Both the position numbers and the translations under genes were made by a program. A DNA stretch of 64,000 bases from Myxococcota bacterium. GTDB lineage: Bacteria; Myxococcota; XYA12-FULL-58-9; JABJBS01. The notes under the pieces were generated by a model that saw nothing but the letters and a program-made list of their open reading frames with translations, made no database searches and was not told the origin of the DNA. The stretch lies in contig JAYZAY010000062.1 of the NCBI GenBank assembly GCA_036339465.1, positions 64,001-128,000 on the forward strand. Reading direction: 5' to 3'. Shown piece after piece: positions 1-10,738 of the stretch; within the stretch, counting starts at the first letter, position 1, and every line of letters starts with the position of its first letter.

Positions 1-543
1 TTGGCCAAATTGTTTTCTCGGCCAGCCAATGTCCTCGTATTGGACGAACCCACCAACGACTTGGACGTAGAAACCCTGGAAATGTTGGAATTTGCCCTTC
101 TTAGTTTTAAGGGCACGGTGTTGATTGTGAGTCACGATAGAGAGTTTCTAAATAATGTGGTTACCCATGTTCTCTGGGTCTCTGGAGGGGGTAAGGTGGA
201 GAGTTTCGCAGGGAGTTACGATGATGCCTATGCTCTCAGGCAACAACGGGAAGAGACTTTGCCCTCCCCAATTGCTAAGGTGGATAAGAGCAAGGGCAAA
301 CCAAAACGTCCACAAGAAAACAAGCTGACCTTTAAAGAGAAGCACGAGTTGGATCTCTTGCCAGGGCAAATTGAGACTCTCGAAGGTGAGAAAGAAAACC
401 TGGAAATCACACTGGGTGATCCCGATTTCTATAAGAATTCCGGCTCAGAGGTGGGTCCCATTCAAGCCCGCTTGTCTGAGATTGAAATTGAAGTGGAAAC
501 ACTCTATGGCCGCTGGGAAAAACTTTCGGAGAAATCTCCATGA
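1..543 (+). CDS. uup: ABC-F family ATPase Uup, C-terminal part (truncated by window edge)
   Basis: Walker B/D-loop VLVLDEPTNDLD, H-loop IVSHDREFL, and Uup-type C-terminal coiled coil KLTFKEKHELDLLPGQIETLE...DPDFYK...YGRWEKL. Confidence 0.85.
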   Translation: MAKLFSRPANVLVLDEPTNDLDVETLEMLEFALLSFKGTVLIVSHDREFLNNVVTHVLWVSGGGKVESFAGSYDDAYALRQQREETLPSPIAKVDKSKGKPKRPQENKLTFKEKHELDLLPGQIETLEGEKENLEITLGDPDFYKNSGSEVGPIQARLSEIEIEVETLYGRWEKLSEKSP

Positions 544-708
544 TTTCTCAATTTGCCCTATCTAAATCGTGAGGCTTGGTAGGCAATCGCGTTGGCCTCG
601 GGGCACGGACTACTGAAAAGTGTGAGAGTGATTTTGGCATAAGTCTGAGGGTGAATCGATGGTCCATGTACGATTATGTGGATAGGTAAGAAGGGATGTC
701 GCTCTGTA

Positions 709-1635
709 TTAATGAACGCCCGACACGGCCATTTCCGGCCAGGTATCTGGGACCACAAACCCTCGACTCTTTTCTGTCTTGGAGCCGTTCCTGTCAAATT
801 CCGCAATCAGCAGGGGAACCTCACGTTCTGTCCACCAACTTTGAATATGATCGAGTAGGTCCGAAAGTGGGAGGGATTGGGTGGCCAAGGTGGGGCTAAA
901 GGATAACCAATGGGGTTTGGGCACAATGGCGTACCGATGGGAAAACTCCGGGGCGGATTCTCGGAGTGAGGCAAAGGTTTCCCACCAGCCTCGGAGATGT
1001 TTGGGATTGACTCCAGGCAACACCTCGAATTCTTCATTGGCAAATTCAGGCCGCGGGTAGAAGAGGAATCCTTTGGTAAGAGCAATGGGAGTCACGTTTT
1101 TCTGAAGGTCAAGCCCCAGTTGTTCTCGGGTGATGGGATTGTGGCAAAGGGTGAGCTGTTTTTGGGCGAGTTTGGATATCTTATTGTCAAGGTTGTCGTT
1201 GATATTGGGTCCTACGAAATCAAGCCAGCTCTCTCCTTTTCGTATTTTGAGATAGTATTTGACCGCCGCTTCAACGTGCACGGTAATATGTTCGGATTCT
1301 AGCAAATAGTCCAATTCACCGATGGTTTGGTTTCGGTCAAAAATTTGTATTTGGGAAGCAAGTACCTTGGTCTGCTCGTGGGTGGTAAACCAGAATTGCA
1401 GTAAGGCTTCCAGGTAACGGCCAACTCGGGGTGGCGCTTTGAAATTCGGGGCTGCGTTTTTCACCAAATGGCGGTAATTGATGTTGGTATTTTCGGATAG
1501 ACGGCCGAAACAATCGATGAGGTTTTCGGCCACCTTAAAGGGGACCGAGAGGTGATTGATCAGTAAGGAAGGGGAGTTTACCAGCCAGGCTAGGTCATTG
1601 GCGGTTTGTCGTATCATGTCATCTGCAGTTGTCAT
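709..1635 (-). CDS. DUF1853 family protein (PD-(D/E)xK-like fold)
   Basis: RVGRYLEALL, QTIGELDYLL, HVEAAVKYYL, FVGPN, KGFLFYP, RGFVVPDTWP; ATG at 1635 chosen to avoid overlap with the divergent gene. Confidence 0.75.
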   Translation of the reverse strand: MTTADDMIRQTANDLAWLVNSPSLLINHLSVPFKVAENLIDCFGRLSENTNINYRHLVKNAAPNFKAPPRVGRYLEALLQFWFTTHEQTKVLASQIQIFDRNQTIGELDYLLESEHITVHVEAAVKYYLKIRKGESWLDFVGPNINDNLDNKISKLAQKQLTLCHNPITREQLGLDLQKNVTPIALTKGFLFYPRPEFANEEFEVLPGVNPKHLRGWWETFASLRESAPEFSHRYAIVPKPHWLSFSPTLATQSLPLSDLLDHIQSWWTEREVPLLIAEFDRNGSKTEKSRGFVVPDTWPEMAVSGVH

Positions 1636-1688
1636 GTGTGGGCCTACGTTATAGCAGGTCTGGGGATGAGGAAAGGAATTGGCAATCC

Positions 1689-2441
1689 ATGGCGCGGCTA
1701 ACCGATGACGATACCATTGAGCTTCGAGCTGAACTTTCGAACTCTCCGCTCCAATTGGAGGAGCCGGGTAAGATTTCCGAGGCTTTGGCACAATTTGTGC
1801 GGCCGGAGCGATTGGAGCGATTGAAGGGGGTATTGTCTCGCCGTATTCGAGGTGTGACGGCGCTGATTGAATTTGTGAACAATCCCCATAATACGGCGGC
1901 GTGCGTTCGTTCTTGTGATGCTTTTGGTATCCAGGATCTCCATGTGGTGACTCAGGATGGGGATCCCCTCAAGGTGGCTTTGGGCATCACCAAAGGTGCT
2001 CATCGTTGGCTCACCATTCACACCCATGAAACCATCGAAGAGGCCGTCAAAGTTCTGAAGCAAAACGGTTATCATATTGCGGCCACGGATCCCGGCGGTG
2101 AGGATAGAGCCGCGGCGCCTATCGAAGCGCTGCCTTTGGAGCATAAAGTTTGTATCGCTTTTGGCAACGAGCGGGATGGGATCAGTCCTACTCTAAGGCG
2201 GGAAGCTGATTCCCTAACCGTGATCCCCATGCAAGGTTTTGTGGAATCCTTTAATATTTCTGTGGCCTTTGCCCTCTGTCTTCATGCCACCCGTCGGCGC
2301 TTTGATGAACAATACGGGGGTGCGGGCGACCTCTCGGAAACCGATCAAAATCGCATTTTGGACCGCTGGTTTTTGGATGAAGTTCCCCAGGCCATGAAGG
2401 TGTTGAAGGAATTGGACCGTCGAGTGACAGAAGGGTCCTAG
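1689..2441 (+). CDS. TrmH/SpoU family RNA 2'-O-methyltransferase
   Basis: NPHNTAACVRSCDAFG, FGNERDGIS, IPMQGFVESFNISVA; purine-rich RBS before ATG 1689. Confidence 0.9.
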   Translation: MARLTDDDTIELRAELSNSPLQLEEPGKISEALAQFVRPERLERLKGVLSRRIRGVTALIEFVNNPHNTAACVRSCDAFGIQDLHVVTQDGDPLKVALGITKGAHRWLTIHTHETIEEAVKVLKQNGYHIAATDPGGEDRAAAPIEALPLEHKVCIAFGNERDGISPTLRREADSLTVIPMQGFVESFNISVAFALCLHATRRRFDEQYGGAGDLSETDQNRILDRWFLDEVPQAMKVLKELDRRVTEGS

Positions 2442-2974
2442 ACTTTGAGGGCTTTAAGAATCTCTGAGTGGGACGAGAATTGTTGGGTGGCGGCTCCCGT
2501 TTCATCAAGGCCTGAGCTCAAAAGCCACCTTCGGCTCACCCCCGCTTTTTGGCCGGCCAACATATCCGAGGCGCTATCGCCGATGATGATGCTTTTACTT
2601 AAATCGAGGTCATGGTCTCTTTGGGCTTGAAGCAGCATGCCGGGATTGGGTTTTCGGTTTTGGGAATCACGGTCGTATTGTGGTAGTTTTGCCCCTATCA
2701 AATAGGGGCAATGATAGTAGTCCAGAAATTCAATCCCATGGGTATTGAGTTGCTCTAGCATCCATAGTGTTAAGGTTTGAAAATCCTCTTCGAGGTAGTA
2801 ACCCCTCGCGATCCCTGCCTGATTGGTGATCATGACCAACTGAAAATTTTGAACCATTGCCTCCCGGCAGACTTCGAAAAGACCGTCGATAAACTCAAAA
2901 TTGTCTTTTTTGTGGACATAGCCATGGTTGATGTTGATGACCCCGTCGCGGTCGAGGAAAAGGGCTTTGCTCAT
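2438..2974 (-). CDS. gmhB: D-glycero-D-manno-heptose 1,7-bisphosphate phosphatase (HAD-IIIA)
   Basis: KALFLDRDGVIN, TNQAGIARG, RKPNPGML, IGDSASD; start could also be 2983. Confidence 0.88.
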   Translation of the reverse strand: MSKALFLDRDGVININHGYVHKKDNFEFIDGLFEVCREAMVQNFQLVMITNQAGIARGYYLEEDFQTLTLWMLEQLNTHGIEFLDYYHCPYLIGAKLPQYDRDSQNRKPNPGMLLQAQRDHDLDLSKSIIIGDSASDMLAGQKAGVSRRWLLSSGLDETGAATQQFSSHSEILKALKV

Positions 2975-3087
2975 GCTTACCATGTTAACTTGCCTTGGGG
3001 ACAAAGGGAATCTTGCGCGGGTTTCTGACAATCTTGCCTGGTGCTTGCCGATGAACTACAAACACTCAGGTTTGCGGAGAAACGAAC

Positions 3088-3486
3088 ATGATACGGCGGA
3101 TGTTTAAAAGTAAGATTCATGGTGCGGTGGTAACTCACGCAGATCTCCATGGTGCGGGAAATGTGACCATCGGTCGAAATCTCTTGGGTGCGGATGATAT
3201 CCTTACTCACGAAGAAGTTCATATCTGGAATGTTACTCGGGGCACCGGCATTAGCACCTGCGTGCTGGAAGAAACGAAAGGCTCCGGTCATATCCGTATC
3301 GATGGTGCCGCGGCCCATCTCATGCCTCGCGGGGATTCGGTTATGTTCGTGACTTCTGCGGAAATGGATTCGGCGGAAGCAAGGAATTTCAAGCCACGGT
3401 TATTTGAGTGAACGACAATAATGCTATAGATAGGCAACGCAGTGGAACTCGCCGGCCCGGAAACTCCACGCGTTGCGAAGGGTTAA
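3088..3486 (+). pseudogene. panD: Degenerate aspartate 1-decarboxylase (PanD)
   Basis: Clear PanD scaffold (MFKSKIH...VTHADLH, EEVHIWN, GSG...GAAAHL...GD). The G-S autocleavage site is G-N and the catalytic Tyr is Cys. ORF stops at 3411; a PanD-like tail is scattered over two frames to TAA at 3484-3486. Confidence 0.75.
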
Positions 3487-3489
3487 CTT

Positions 3490-4317
3490 ATGTATATCGA
3501 AGCCACTGATACCCAGTTGAATCAAACCCTAGAGGCGGTGAGCCACGATGCTTCCCATCTTCATGTGACGGTTCCCGACGCGGAGTTGGCCCGTCGCCGG
3601 GAGCGGGTGTTCATGATTTTGGTGGGGATATTTCTCGGTACCCTCACCATGCTCAATATTCTAGGCATTACTCGATTTTTGGATCTGAGCTTTGAGCTTT
3701 TTGGGATGCAGGTCCCCTTTGTCTTGGCGGTGGGGGTTTTACCTTATCCCATTACCTTCTTGTGCACCGACTTCATCAGTGAATTTTACGGTCAGCGCCG
3801 GGCAAACTTTCTCGTTTGGGTGGGGCTATTGTTGAACATCTGGGTGGTGGTGATTCTCTGGTTGGGTGGAGCTTTGCCACCGCACCTTCCCATGGAGCCC
3901 GATACAGGCTTGCCAGCCATTGGTACCCACGGACGCGTTTTTTTCGAAGTGAAACAACTGGCATTTGGGGCCATTCTTGCATCCATGGTGGCCTATCTCA
4001 CGGCCCAGTTTTGCGATGTGAAGCTTTTCCACTTCTGGAAAAAACTGACCAAGGGCAAACATCTTTGGATTAGAAACAATCTTTCTACCAGCGTGAGCCA
4101 AATGGTGGATACAGTGGCGGTGATATTGATTACCCATTTTTATGCCCATGCTTTGCCCATTAATGCCGACGAAGGTATTTGGGGGCAATTGATGGTCTTT
4201 ATTTTGTCGGGTTATGTTTTTAAAGTGACATGCGCTCTCTTGGATACCATTCCGTTTTACTTGGGTTCTAAGTGGTTGGCACAATATCTTCGCATCGACC
4301 CGATGCAGGTTCACTGA
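3490..4317 (+). CDS. yhhQ: YhhQ/VUT (DUF165) family queuosine-precursor/vitamin transporter
   Basis: GVLPYPITFLCTDFISEFYG, ASMVAYLTAQFCDV, HLWIRNNLSTSVSQMVDT; multiple TM segments. Confidence 0.88.
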   Translation: MYIEATDTQLNQTLEAVSHDASHLHVTVPDAELARRRERVFMILVGIFLGTLTMLNILGITRFLDLSFELFGMQVPFVLAVGVLPYPITFLCTDFISEFYGQRRANFLVWVGLLLNIWVVVILWLGGALPPHLPMEPDTGLPAIGTHGRVFFEVKQLAFGAILASMVAYLTAQFCDVKLFHFWKKLTKGKHLWIRNNLSTSVSQMVDTVAVILITHFYAHALPINADEGIWGQLMVFILSGYVFKVTCALLDTIPFYLGSKWLAQYLRIDPMQVH

Positions 4318-4466
4318 GGAAGGGGGTATCCTCAGTCAAGGCAGCAGAGGCAATATCCAATTGCCCAGTGCGGGGATGGGAGGGTTGAAAAGGGCGTCGT
4401 CGGTGTGGGGTATCCATACTCCTCCATATCTTGCGGCTTGATGTGAAATATGGAAGAGATGGAACC

Positions 4467-5375
4467 ATGAGCGAATATTCCCTAAGTCATTTAGCCCAAT
4501 TAGAGGCGGAAAGTATTCATATCATTCGAGAAGTGGCGGCTGAGTGTGAGAAACCGGTGATGCTCTACTCCATTGGTAAAGATTCGTCGGTGATGGTGCG
4601 GTTGGCCCAAAAAGCCTTTGCTCCGGGGCCTGTCCCTTTTCCCCTTCTCCATGTGGATACCACCTACAAATTCAGAGCCATGATCGAGTTTCGCGATAAA
4701 TTCTGTGCAGAGCAGGGTTTGGAACTTCTGGTGCATACCAATGAAGAGGCCCAGTTGGAGGGTATCAATCCCTTTGACCATGGCAGCGATAAATACACCC
4801 ATGCCTTCAAAACCGAGGCCCTGCTTCAAGCCATCAACAGGGGCGGATACGATGCTGCCTTTGGGGGAGCTCGGCGCGACGAAGAAAAATCCCGAGCTAA
4901 GGAAAGGGTGTATTCATTTCGAGATCGCTTCCATCAGTGGGATCCCAAAAACCAACGACCAGAACTTTGGAACCTGTACAATGGGCGTGTGAGTTCCGGT
5001 GAAAGTATCCGTGTCTTTCCCCTTTCAAATTGGACTGAGTTGGATATCTGGCTCTACATCTATAAAGAACAAATTCCCATTGTGCCCATTTACTACGCCC
5101 AAAAACAACCTTGCGTTATGCGGGATGGTCGAATCATCATGGTCGACGACGGGCGTTTACCCCTCAAGCCCGGTGAAGAACCTCAAATGAAAATGGTACG
5201 TTTTAGATCCCTGGGATGCTATCCGCTGACGGCAGCCACGGAATCTGAAGCTCACTCCCTACCGTTGATCATCGAGGAAATGATGCTTACGCGAAAGAGT
5301 GAGCGAGAGAATCGAATGATTGACTACGATGGCAATGCTTCCATGGAGCAAAAGAAACGGGAGGGTTATTTCTAA
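4467..5375 (+). CDS. cysD: Sulfate adenylyltransferase subunit 2
   Basis: [47 protein letters not shown]. Confidence 0.97.
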   Translation: MSEYSLSHLAQLEAESIHIIREVAAECEKPVMLYSIGKDSSVMVRLAQKAFAPGPVPFPLLHVDTTYKFRAMIEFRDKFCAEQGLELLVHTNEEAQLEGINPFDHGSDKYTHAFKTEALLQAINRGGYDAAFGGARRDEEKSRAKERVYSFRDRFHQWDPKNQRPELWNLYNGRVSSGESIRVFPLSNWTELDIWLYIYKEQIPIVPIYYAQKQPCVMRDGRIIMVDDGRLPLKPGEEPQMKMVRFRSLGCYPLTAATESEAHSLPLIIEEMMLTRKSERENRMIDYDGNASMEQKKREGYF

Positions 5376-7315
5376 TGACGAATATCGATGCCCTTCTCGA
5401 AGAAAATGAAGCGAAGGACCTTCTCCGGTTTGTAACGGCTGGGAGTGTGGATGATGGTAAATCGACTCTCATTGGTCGTTTGCTGTATGAGTCCAAAGGT
5501 ATTTACGAAGATCAACTTGAAGCAGTGGCTCAAGCTTCTAAAACCGAGGGTACCACGGGTGATGACATCGATTTGGCCCTCCTCACCGATGGTCTGCGGG
5601 CGGAACGAGAGCAGGGGATCACCATTGACGTGGCTTACCGTTATTTTTCCACCCCCAGTCGGAAATTCATTATTGCCGATTCTCCCGGCCACGAGCAGTA
5701 TACGCGGAATATGGTGACAGGTGCGTCTACGGCGTCTTTAGTGATCATTTTGGTGGATGCCAGTAAGGGGATTATTACCCAGTCCAAGCGCCATGCATTT
5801 ATTGCTTCACTTCTTCGGATCCCGCGGGTTCTTTTGGCAGTGAATAAGATGGATTTGATGGATTATAGCGAAGATGTTTTTCGAGAGATCGTGCACGACT
5901 TTACGGAATTCGCTGCCAAATTAGAGCTGACGGAAATTGATTTTATTCCGGTGAGTGCGCTGAAGGGCGACAATGTTGTTTCCAAGAGTGAACGGATGCC
6001 TTGGTATGATGGTCGGTCGGTGCTACGGCATTTAGACACGGTACATATCGCCGGTGACCGGAACCTCATTGATTTTAGGATGCCCGTACAATACGTATCT
6101 CGAACCAATGCCTCGTTTCGTGGCTATATGGGGAGGATCGAATCTGGCGCGGTTCACGTTGGCGATGCGGTGGTGGTCTTACCTTCGGGGGTGACGAATC
6201 GAGTCAAAGAGGTTTTTGGGCCCGACGGTCCCACGGAAACCGCTTTTGCCTCCATGAGTGCTACCTTAACGCTAGAAAACGAAGTGGACGTGAGCCGAGG
6301 TGATGTGATCAGCCCGGTGAACAACCGCCCCACGGTGGATCGTGCTTTGGAAGCCATGGTGGTGTGGATGGACTCCGATAAGCTTTCTTTGACGAAAGAA
6401 TATTTAGTGAAACATGGGACCCGGTTAATACCGGCTCGGATCACCAAGCTTCAGTACCAAGTGGATGTGAACACCCTACATCGCTCGGAAGTCGATAGTT
6501 TGTCGCTCAATGAGATTGGTCGATGTGAGTTGGAGTTGAGTCAATTGGTGGCTTTCGATCCCTATCGAAAGAATCGCGCCACGGGCTCCATGATCATTAT
6601 CGATCGTATGACCAACCGCACTGTGGGTGCGGCGATGGTTCTCGACCGTGGGGGCGGTGCGGGCAGGAGTCAGGCCAATTGGGAATCGTTTTCAAGTTCT
6701 TCCTATCTGGCTCCGAAGGCTTCGGGTGTTTCTCCTGTCGAGCGAGAAGCTCGGGATGGCTACTGCGGTTTCACGGTATTTTTGACAGGGCTAACGGGCA
6801 GTCGGAAGAGGGATATTGCCCTTCTCTTGGAGAGAGAGTTTTTTGACGAAGGGGCTTCTGTGGTGGTCCTAGATGGCCATACGATTCGTTCCGGTGTGGG
6901 TAAGGATTTGGGTTTTGATGCCTCGGCCCGTTCTGAGAATCTTCGCCGGGTTGCGGAAACGGCTCGGGTACTCAACGACCACGGTGTGATTGCCATCTGT
7001 GCCTTTGTGGCACCGTATTCGGAATTACGCGACAAAGTGGCTGAAACCATTGGTGAAGAGCGGTTCTTTGGCGTCTTTGTGGACGCGCCGGTGGAATATT
7101 GTCGAAAGCATGATGCCCAAGGTCTTTACGACAAAGCTGATCGAGGTGAAATCAAATCTTTTCCCGGTGTCAATGCTACTTATGAATTTCCCACTTCTCC
7201 CAATTTACTGGTGCGACCTGCGGAACAAAGCTTGGAAACTTGTGCTGGCCTGATCTATACTGCGGTGAAAAAGAAATTCTTCAAGAAGCCTTCGCTCAAG
7301 AGTGTCGATTGGTAG
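5375..7315 (+). CDS. cysNC: Fused sulfate adenylyltransferase subunit 1 / APS-kinase-like domain (CysNC)
   Basis: GTPase motifs GSVDDGKSTLIGRLL, EREQGITIDVAYRYF, GHEQYTRNM, NKMD; C-terminal CysC-like domain with degenerate motifs; TAATG overlap with cysD. Confidence 0.93.
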   Translation: MTNIDALLEENEAKDLLRFVTAGSVDDGKSTLIGRLLYESKGIYEDQLEAVAQASKTEGTTGDDIDLALLTDGLRAEREQGITIDVAYRYFSTPSRKFIIADSPGHEQYTRNMVTGASTASLVIILVDASKGIITQSKRHAFIASLLRIPRVLLAVNKMDLMDYSEDVFREIVHDFTEFAAKLELTEIDFIPVSALKGDNVVSKSERMPWYDGRSVLRHLDTVHIAGDRNLIDFRMPVQYVSRTNASFRGYMGRIESGAVHVGDAVVVLPSGVTNRVKEVFGPDGPTETAFASMSATLTLENEVDVSRGDVISPVNNRPTVDRALEAMVVWMDSDKLSLTKEYLVKHGTRLIPARITKLQYQVDVNTLHRSEVDSLSLNEIGRCELELSQLVAFDPYRKNRATGSMIIIDRMTNRTVGAAMVLDRGGGAGRSQANWESFSSSSYLAPKASGVSPVEREARDGYCGFTVFLTGLTGSRKRDIALLLEREFFDEGASVVVLDGHTIRSGVGKDLGFDASARSENLRRVAETARVLNDHGVIAICAFVAPYSELRDKVAETIGEERFFGVFVDAPVEYCRKHDAQGLYDKADRGEIKSFPGVNATYEFPTSPNLLVRPAEQSLETCAGLIYTAVKKKFFKKPSLKSVDW

Positions 7316-7360
7316 GTGAATCATCTAGAATGAAGGCCAGTCACCGGCGTGTTTTCCGAA

Positions 7361-9136
7361 CTATTCTACAAATGAACTAAGCATTTTGTTGCGGGTAGGG
7401 TGACGCAGCTTTCTTAGGGCCTTGGCCTCGATTTGTCGAATACGCTCTCGGGTGACGTTGAAATCATGTCCCACTTCCTCAAGGGTGTGGTCACTGCGCT
7501 CGCCGATCCCAAATCGCATACGGAGTATCTTCTCTTCCCGTGGTGTGAGGGTGGCCAGGGCTTCTCGAATTGTGTCCGTGAGGCTTTCATCGACGGCCGC
7601 GTCTGCGGGAGAAAGCTCCTTACGGTTTTCGATGAGGTCGGATAGGGATGCATCGTCATCTTCACCGATGGGCGTGTCGAGGGAAACGGGTTCTTTGGTG
7701 ATACTGAGTACTTTCCGAACTTTGTCGATACTCAAGTCCATCTTGCTGGCGATTTCTGAGGGGTTCGGTTCACGACCCAAGTCTTGCACCAAATAGCGGC
7801 TGGTGCGAAGCACCTTATTGACGGACTCAATCATATGAACGGGAATTCGAATGGTCCGGCCTTGGTCGGCAATGGCTCGGGTAATGGCTTGGCGGATCCA
7901 CCAAGTAGCGTAAGTGGAGAATTTGTATCCGCGCTGGTATTCAAATTTTTCCACCCCACGCATGAGGCCGATATTCCCTTCCTGTACCAAATCGAGGAAT
8001 TGGAGTCCTCGGTTCGTGTACTTTTTGGCGATGGAAACCACCAATCGAAGGTTCGCTTCAACCAGTTCACGTTTCGCCTGTTCGGTGAAGTGCTCTGCTA
8101 TACTGATTTTCTCGTATGCTTCTTTCAATTCACCCCAAGTGCAGCGGGTCTCTTTTTCCACCCGTTGGAGTCGTCGATTGAATGAACGTACGGAGCGGAA
8201 AATCTGCTCTTGCTTGCGTAAGGGTTCTTCGGAAAGTTTTTCTTGGACCAGCTGAAGGGTTAAGTCTTCTAGTTTACTCAGGGCGACAGCCTGGTTGAAA
8301 TTTAGGGAGAGGGTTTGGCACATCCCCCTGAGTTCTCGTTCGGCTCGGTTCACTTGAGTGATATGGGCCTTCATGAGGGCGAGGAGTTTCGTAATTTGAT
8401 CCGGGTGGAGGTCGATAATGGCGAGGGTGTCTTGGATTTTAGCGAGAAGTTTTTGGGCCTCTTTCGTTTCTTGTTCCTGTTCGGCGATTTGCGGGACCAG
8501 CTGACTCAACTTTTTCATCGCTTTAACGACCTTCTTGGTCGCGACCTGATGTTCTGATTCGTCGAGGATTTCTTCGGGATGGCGGATAATGTCTCTGACG
8601 TCGAGTCTCCCGTCTATGATCCGTTGTCCTAGTTCCCCAATGGCTCCCAATGCTACCGATGACTCAGTCAACGTCGCAATGATATTTTTTTCACCGAGTT
8701 CGATGCGTTTGGCAATCGTAACTTCTCCCTCTCGCGATAAGAGAGGGGCTGAGCCCATTTTCTTAAGATAAAGTCGGACTGGGTCGTTTCCACCTTCATC
8801 ATCATCGGCGCTATCGCCTTTTTTGGCCTTGGAGTTGGTTACTGGCTCGCTAACTTCAATGCCTCGTTTCTTTAACTTATTGGCAATGCGTTTCGCATCG
8901 AATTGACCCGGCGATGTGTTTTCGATTTCTTTAGAAATGATAGCCATGGAGAGGGTGCCCTCTAAATCGGCTTTTTCTATAAGATTACGGGTGATTGAGC
9001 TCAGGATTGCTTGGCGTTGCGCGGTGGTTTGGCAGGAACTCGCTTTTCGCTGTTTGGGTTCGGACAGATAGGATATATCAAACTCTTCAAAGCCATTGAA
9101 GGCGTCATCACTCGGTGGCTTTTCGTTACTAGACAT
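7361..9136 (-). CDS. rpoD: RNA polymerase sigma-70 factor, RpoD type
   Basis: [11 protein letters not shown] (region 1.2), [61 protein letters not shown]...[20 protein letters not shown]. Confidence 0.9.
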   Translation of the reverse strand: MSSNEKPPSDDAFNGFEEFDISYLSEPKQRKASSCQTTAQRQAILSSITRNLIEKADLEGTLSMAIISKEIENTSPGQFDAKRIANKLKKRGIEVSEPVTNSKAKKGDSADDDEGGNDPVRLYLKKMGSAPLLSREGEVTIAKRIELGEKNIIATLTESSVALGAIGELGQRIIDGRLDVRDIIRHPEEILDESEHQVATKKVVKAMKKLSQLVPQIAEQEQETKEAQKLLAKIQDTLAIIDLHPDQITKLLALMKAHITQVNRAERELRGMCQTLSLNFNQAVALSKLEDLTLQLVQEKLSEEPLRKQEQIFRSVRSFNRRLQRVEKETRCTWGELKEAYEKISIAEHFTEQAKRELVEANLRLVVSIAKKYTNRGLQFLDLVQEGNIGLMRGVEKFEYQRGYKFSTYATWWIRQAITRAIADQGRTIRIPVHMIESVNKVLRTSRYLVQDLGREPNPSEIASKMDLSIDKVRKVLSITKEPVSLDTPIGEDDDASLSDLIENRKELSPADAAVDESLTDTIREALATLTPREEKILRMRFGIGERSDHTLEEVGHDFNVTRERIRQIEAKALRKLRHPTRNKMLSSFVE

Positions 9137-9313
9137 CTTGATTTCCCCCTATCCTATTTCCAGAAATCGCTGCCTTGCTTATTCCCCACTGAAATCGTCC
9201 GATTACCTAGGCCAGTACTTACCGGCTCTCCCCCCAAGACGAGCAATGGTTAAAGTGCTATCACGGTCGGGAATGTAATGCCACAAAACACGAAAGTTTG
9301 CTTGTATATGCTG

Positions 9314-9724
9314 CTAGTTAGGGCTGAGGTTCGCTTCAAGTCCGGGGTGGGTTTCAAGTTCCTGGAGCAGGCCGTCCGATTCGGGGGAATTGTAAACCAT
9401 GAGATTTTTGAACTGCCAATAGCCTTCAATGGTTGTGGATATAAATTCTAGGCCGATGCCCTGGGAGTCGTAGCGGGTCACTTTGCTTTGGACGGGCACG
9501 AGGATGGGATCGTCGCGTGAACCGAGCTGTAGGGTTAGTTGGCACTCGAGGCCTAAATAGGATTCACAGTTTGAAGTGTCATCGAGATTGATAAAGCCAC
9601 CGCCAAAGCTTAAGTTACGCGTGTGCCCTGAGAGCGTAAGTCCCGAATTGGTTTTAACTTCAGCGTTTACTTTAATAAGGAGTCGCGTGTGTTTCCGTTG
9701 AGTGTTTGCCGAATCTTCGCTCAT
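9314..9724 (-). CDS. Single-domain PilZ protein (probable c-di-GMP receptor)
   Basis: RKHTR (RxxxR), NLSFGG (D/NxSxxG) and GIGLEF. Confidence 0.85.
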   Translation of the reverse strand: MSEDSANTQRKHTRLLIKVNAEVKTNSGLTLSGHTRNLSFGGGFINLDDTSNCESYLGLECQLTLQLGSRDDPILVPVQSKVTRYDSQGIGLEFISTTIEGYWQFKNLMVYNSPESDGLLQELETHPGLEANLSPN

Positions 9725-9845
9725 TGTTTAGAAGCCCCCCGTCCGATTTTCTGATGGTAGCTCTTTTTGTGAATTGGAGCCAACAACCAATGATATATTA
9801 TTATCCCGAATCGACAAGAGGGTCGTCGGTTGTTATCGGGGTTGA

Positions 9846-10673
9846 ATGCCAGAGCTCCCAGAAATTGAAGTGATTTGTAGGACGTTGAAGGATGGGGTTT
9901 TGGGGAAGTATATCGCCTCCATGGACGTGGGCAACCCCGCTATGCGGTGGCCTGTCCCTGTATCGGAACTTGGATCAAAGGCTGTGGGGCAGCGGGTGGT
10001 AGATCTATTTCGCCGTGGGAAATATGTATGTCTTAAACTTTCAAATGACTATATTGTGGCCATTCATTTGGGGATGAGTGGTGCGCTGTTGATGCGGGGG
10101 GATCACGAGCCTTCCGACAAATTTGATAATGTTGCCTTCTCTTTTCGAGGGGGGGGGCGAATCGCCTTGAAAGACCATCGCCGATTTGGCTCGGTCCATC
10201 TTATTGCTGCCGATGAGCTTAAAGCTCATCCTCGTTTTGTACATTTGGGTTTCGAGCCCTTGGCCGGAGATTTTGAAGCTTTAGCCTTGAAACGGAGCTT
10301 TGGCCGTTCAAGTCGGGCCATCAAACAGGTTATCATGGATCAAAAAGTGGTGGTTGGGGTGGGAAATATTTATGCCGCAGAAATACTCTTTCGTGCTCGG
10401 GTTCATCCGTTTACGCCAGCGAGACGTTTGGGGCTGGCGCGAGTGGAGCGCATGGTTGAAGTGACCCGTGAGGTTTTAGCCCGAGCCATTCAGTGTGGGG
10501 GAACTTCTTTTCGGGATTATGTCGATGGATATGGCCGAAAAGGAAATTTTGTGGATGAGCTTCAGGTGTATGGTCGAAAAGGTTTGCCTTGTTTGATATG
10601 CCAAAGACCCCTGAAGGGAAGTATGAAGTTTGGGAGGTCTACGGTTTATTGTACGCGTTGTCAGAAGGGATAG
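9846..10673 (+). CDS. mutM: Formamidopyrimidine-DNA glycosylase
   Basis: MPELPEIE, RRGKY, HLGMSG, GVGNIYAAE, C-terminal zinc finger CLIC...CTRCQ. Confidence 0.96.
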   Translation: MPELPEIEVICRTLKDGVLGKYIASMDVGNPAMRWPVPVSELGSKAVGQRVVDLFRRGKYVCLKLSNDYIVAIHLGMSGALLMRGDHEPSDKFDNVAFSFRGGGRIALKDHRRFGSVHLIAADELKAHPRFVHLGFEPLAGDFEALALKRSFGRSSRAIKQVIMDQKVVVGVGNIYAAEILFRARVHPFTPARRLGLARVERMVEVTREVLARAIQCGGTSFRDYVDGYGRKGNFVDELQVYGRKGLPCLICQRPLKGSMKFGRSTVYCTRCQKG

Positions 10674-10738
10674 CTGGTTGTTTTCGTTTGCGAATTTAGG
10701 TGTTTTACGGTTCTTATGTCGTTTTTGTCGGGCGCTAT

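Noticed and set aside
1636..1791. Head-to-head overlap of the DUF1853 and TrmH ORFs
   Set aside because: Artefact of longest-ORF calling; ATGs at 1635 (-) and 1689 (+) remove the overlap.
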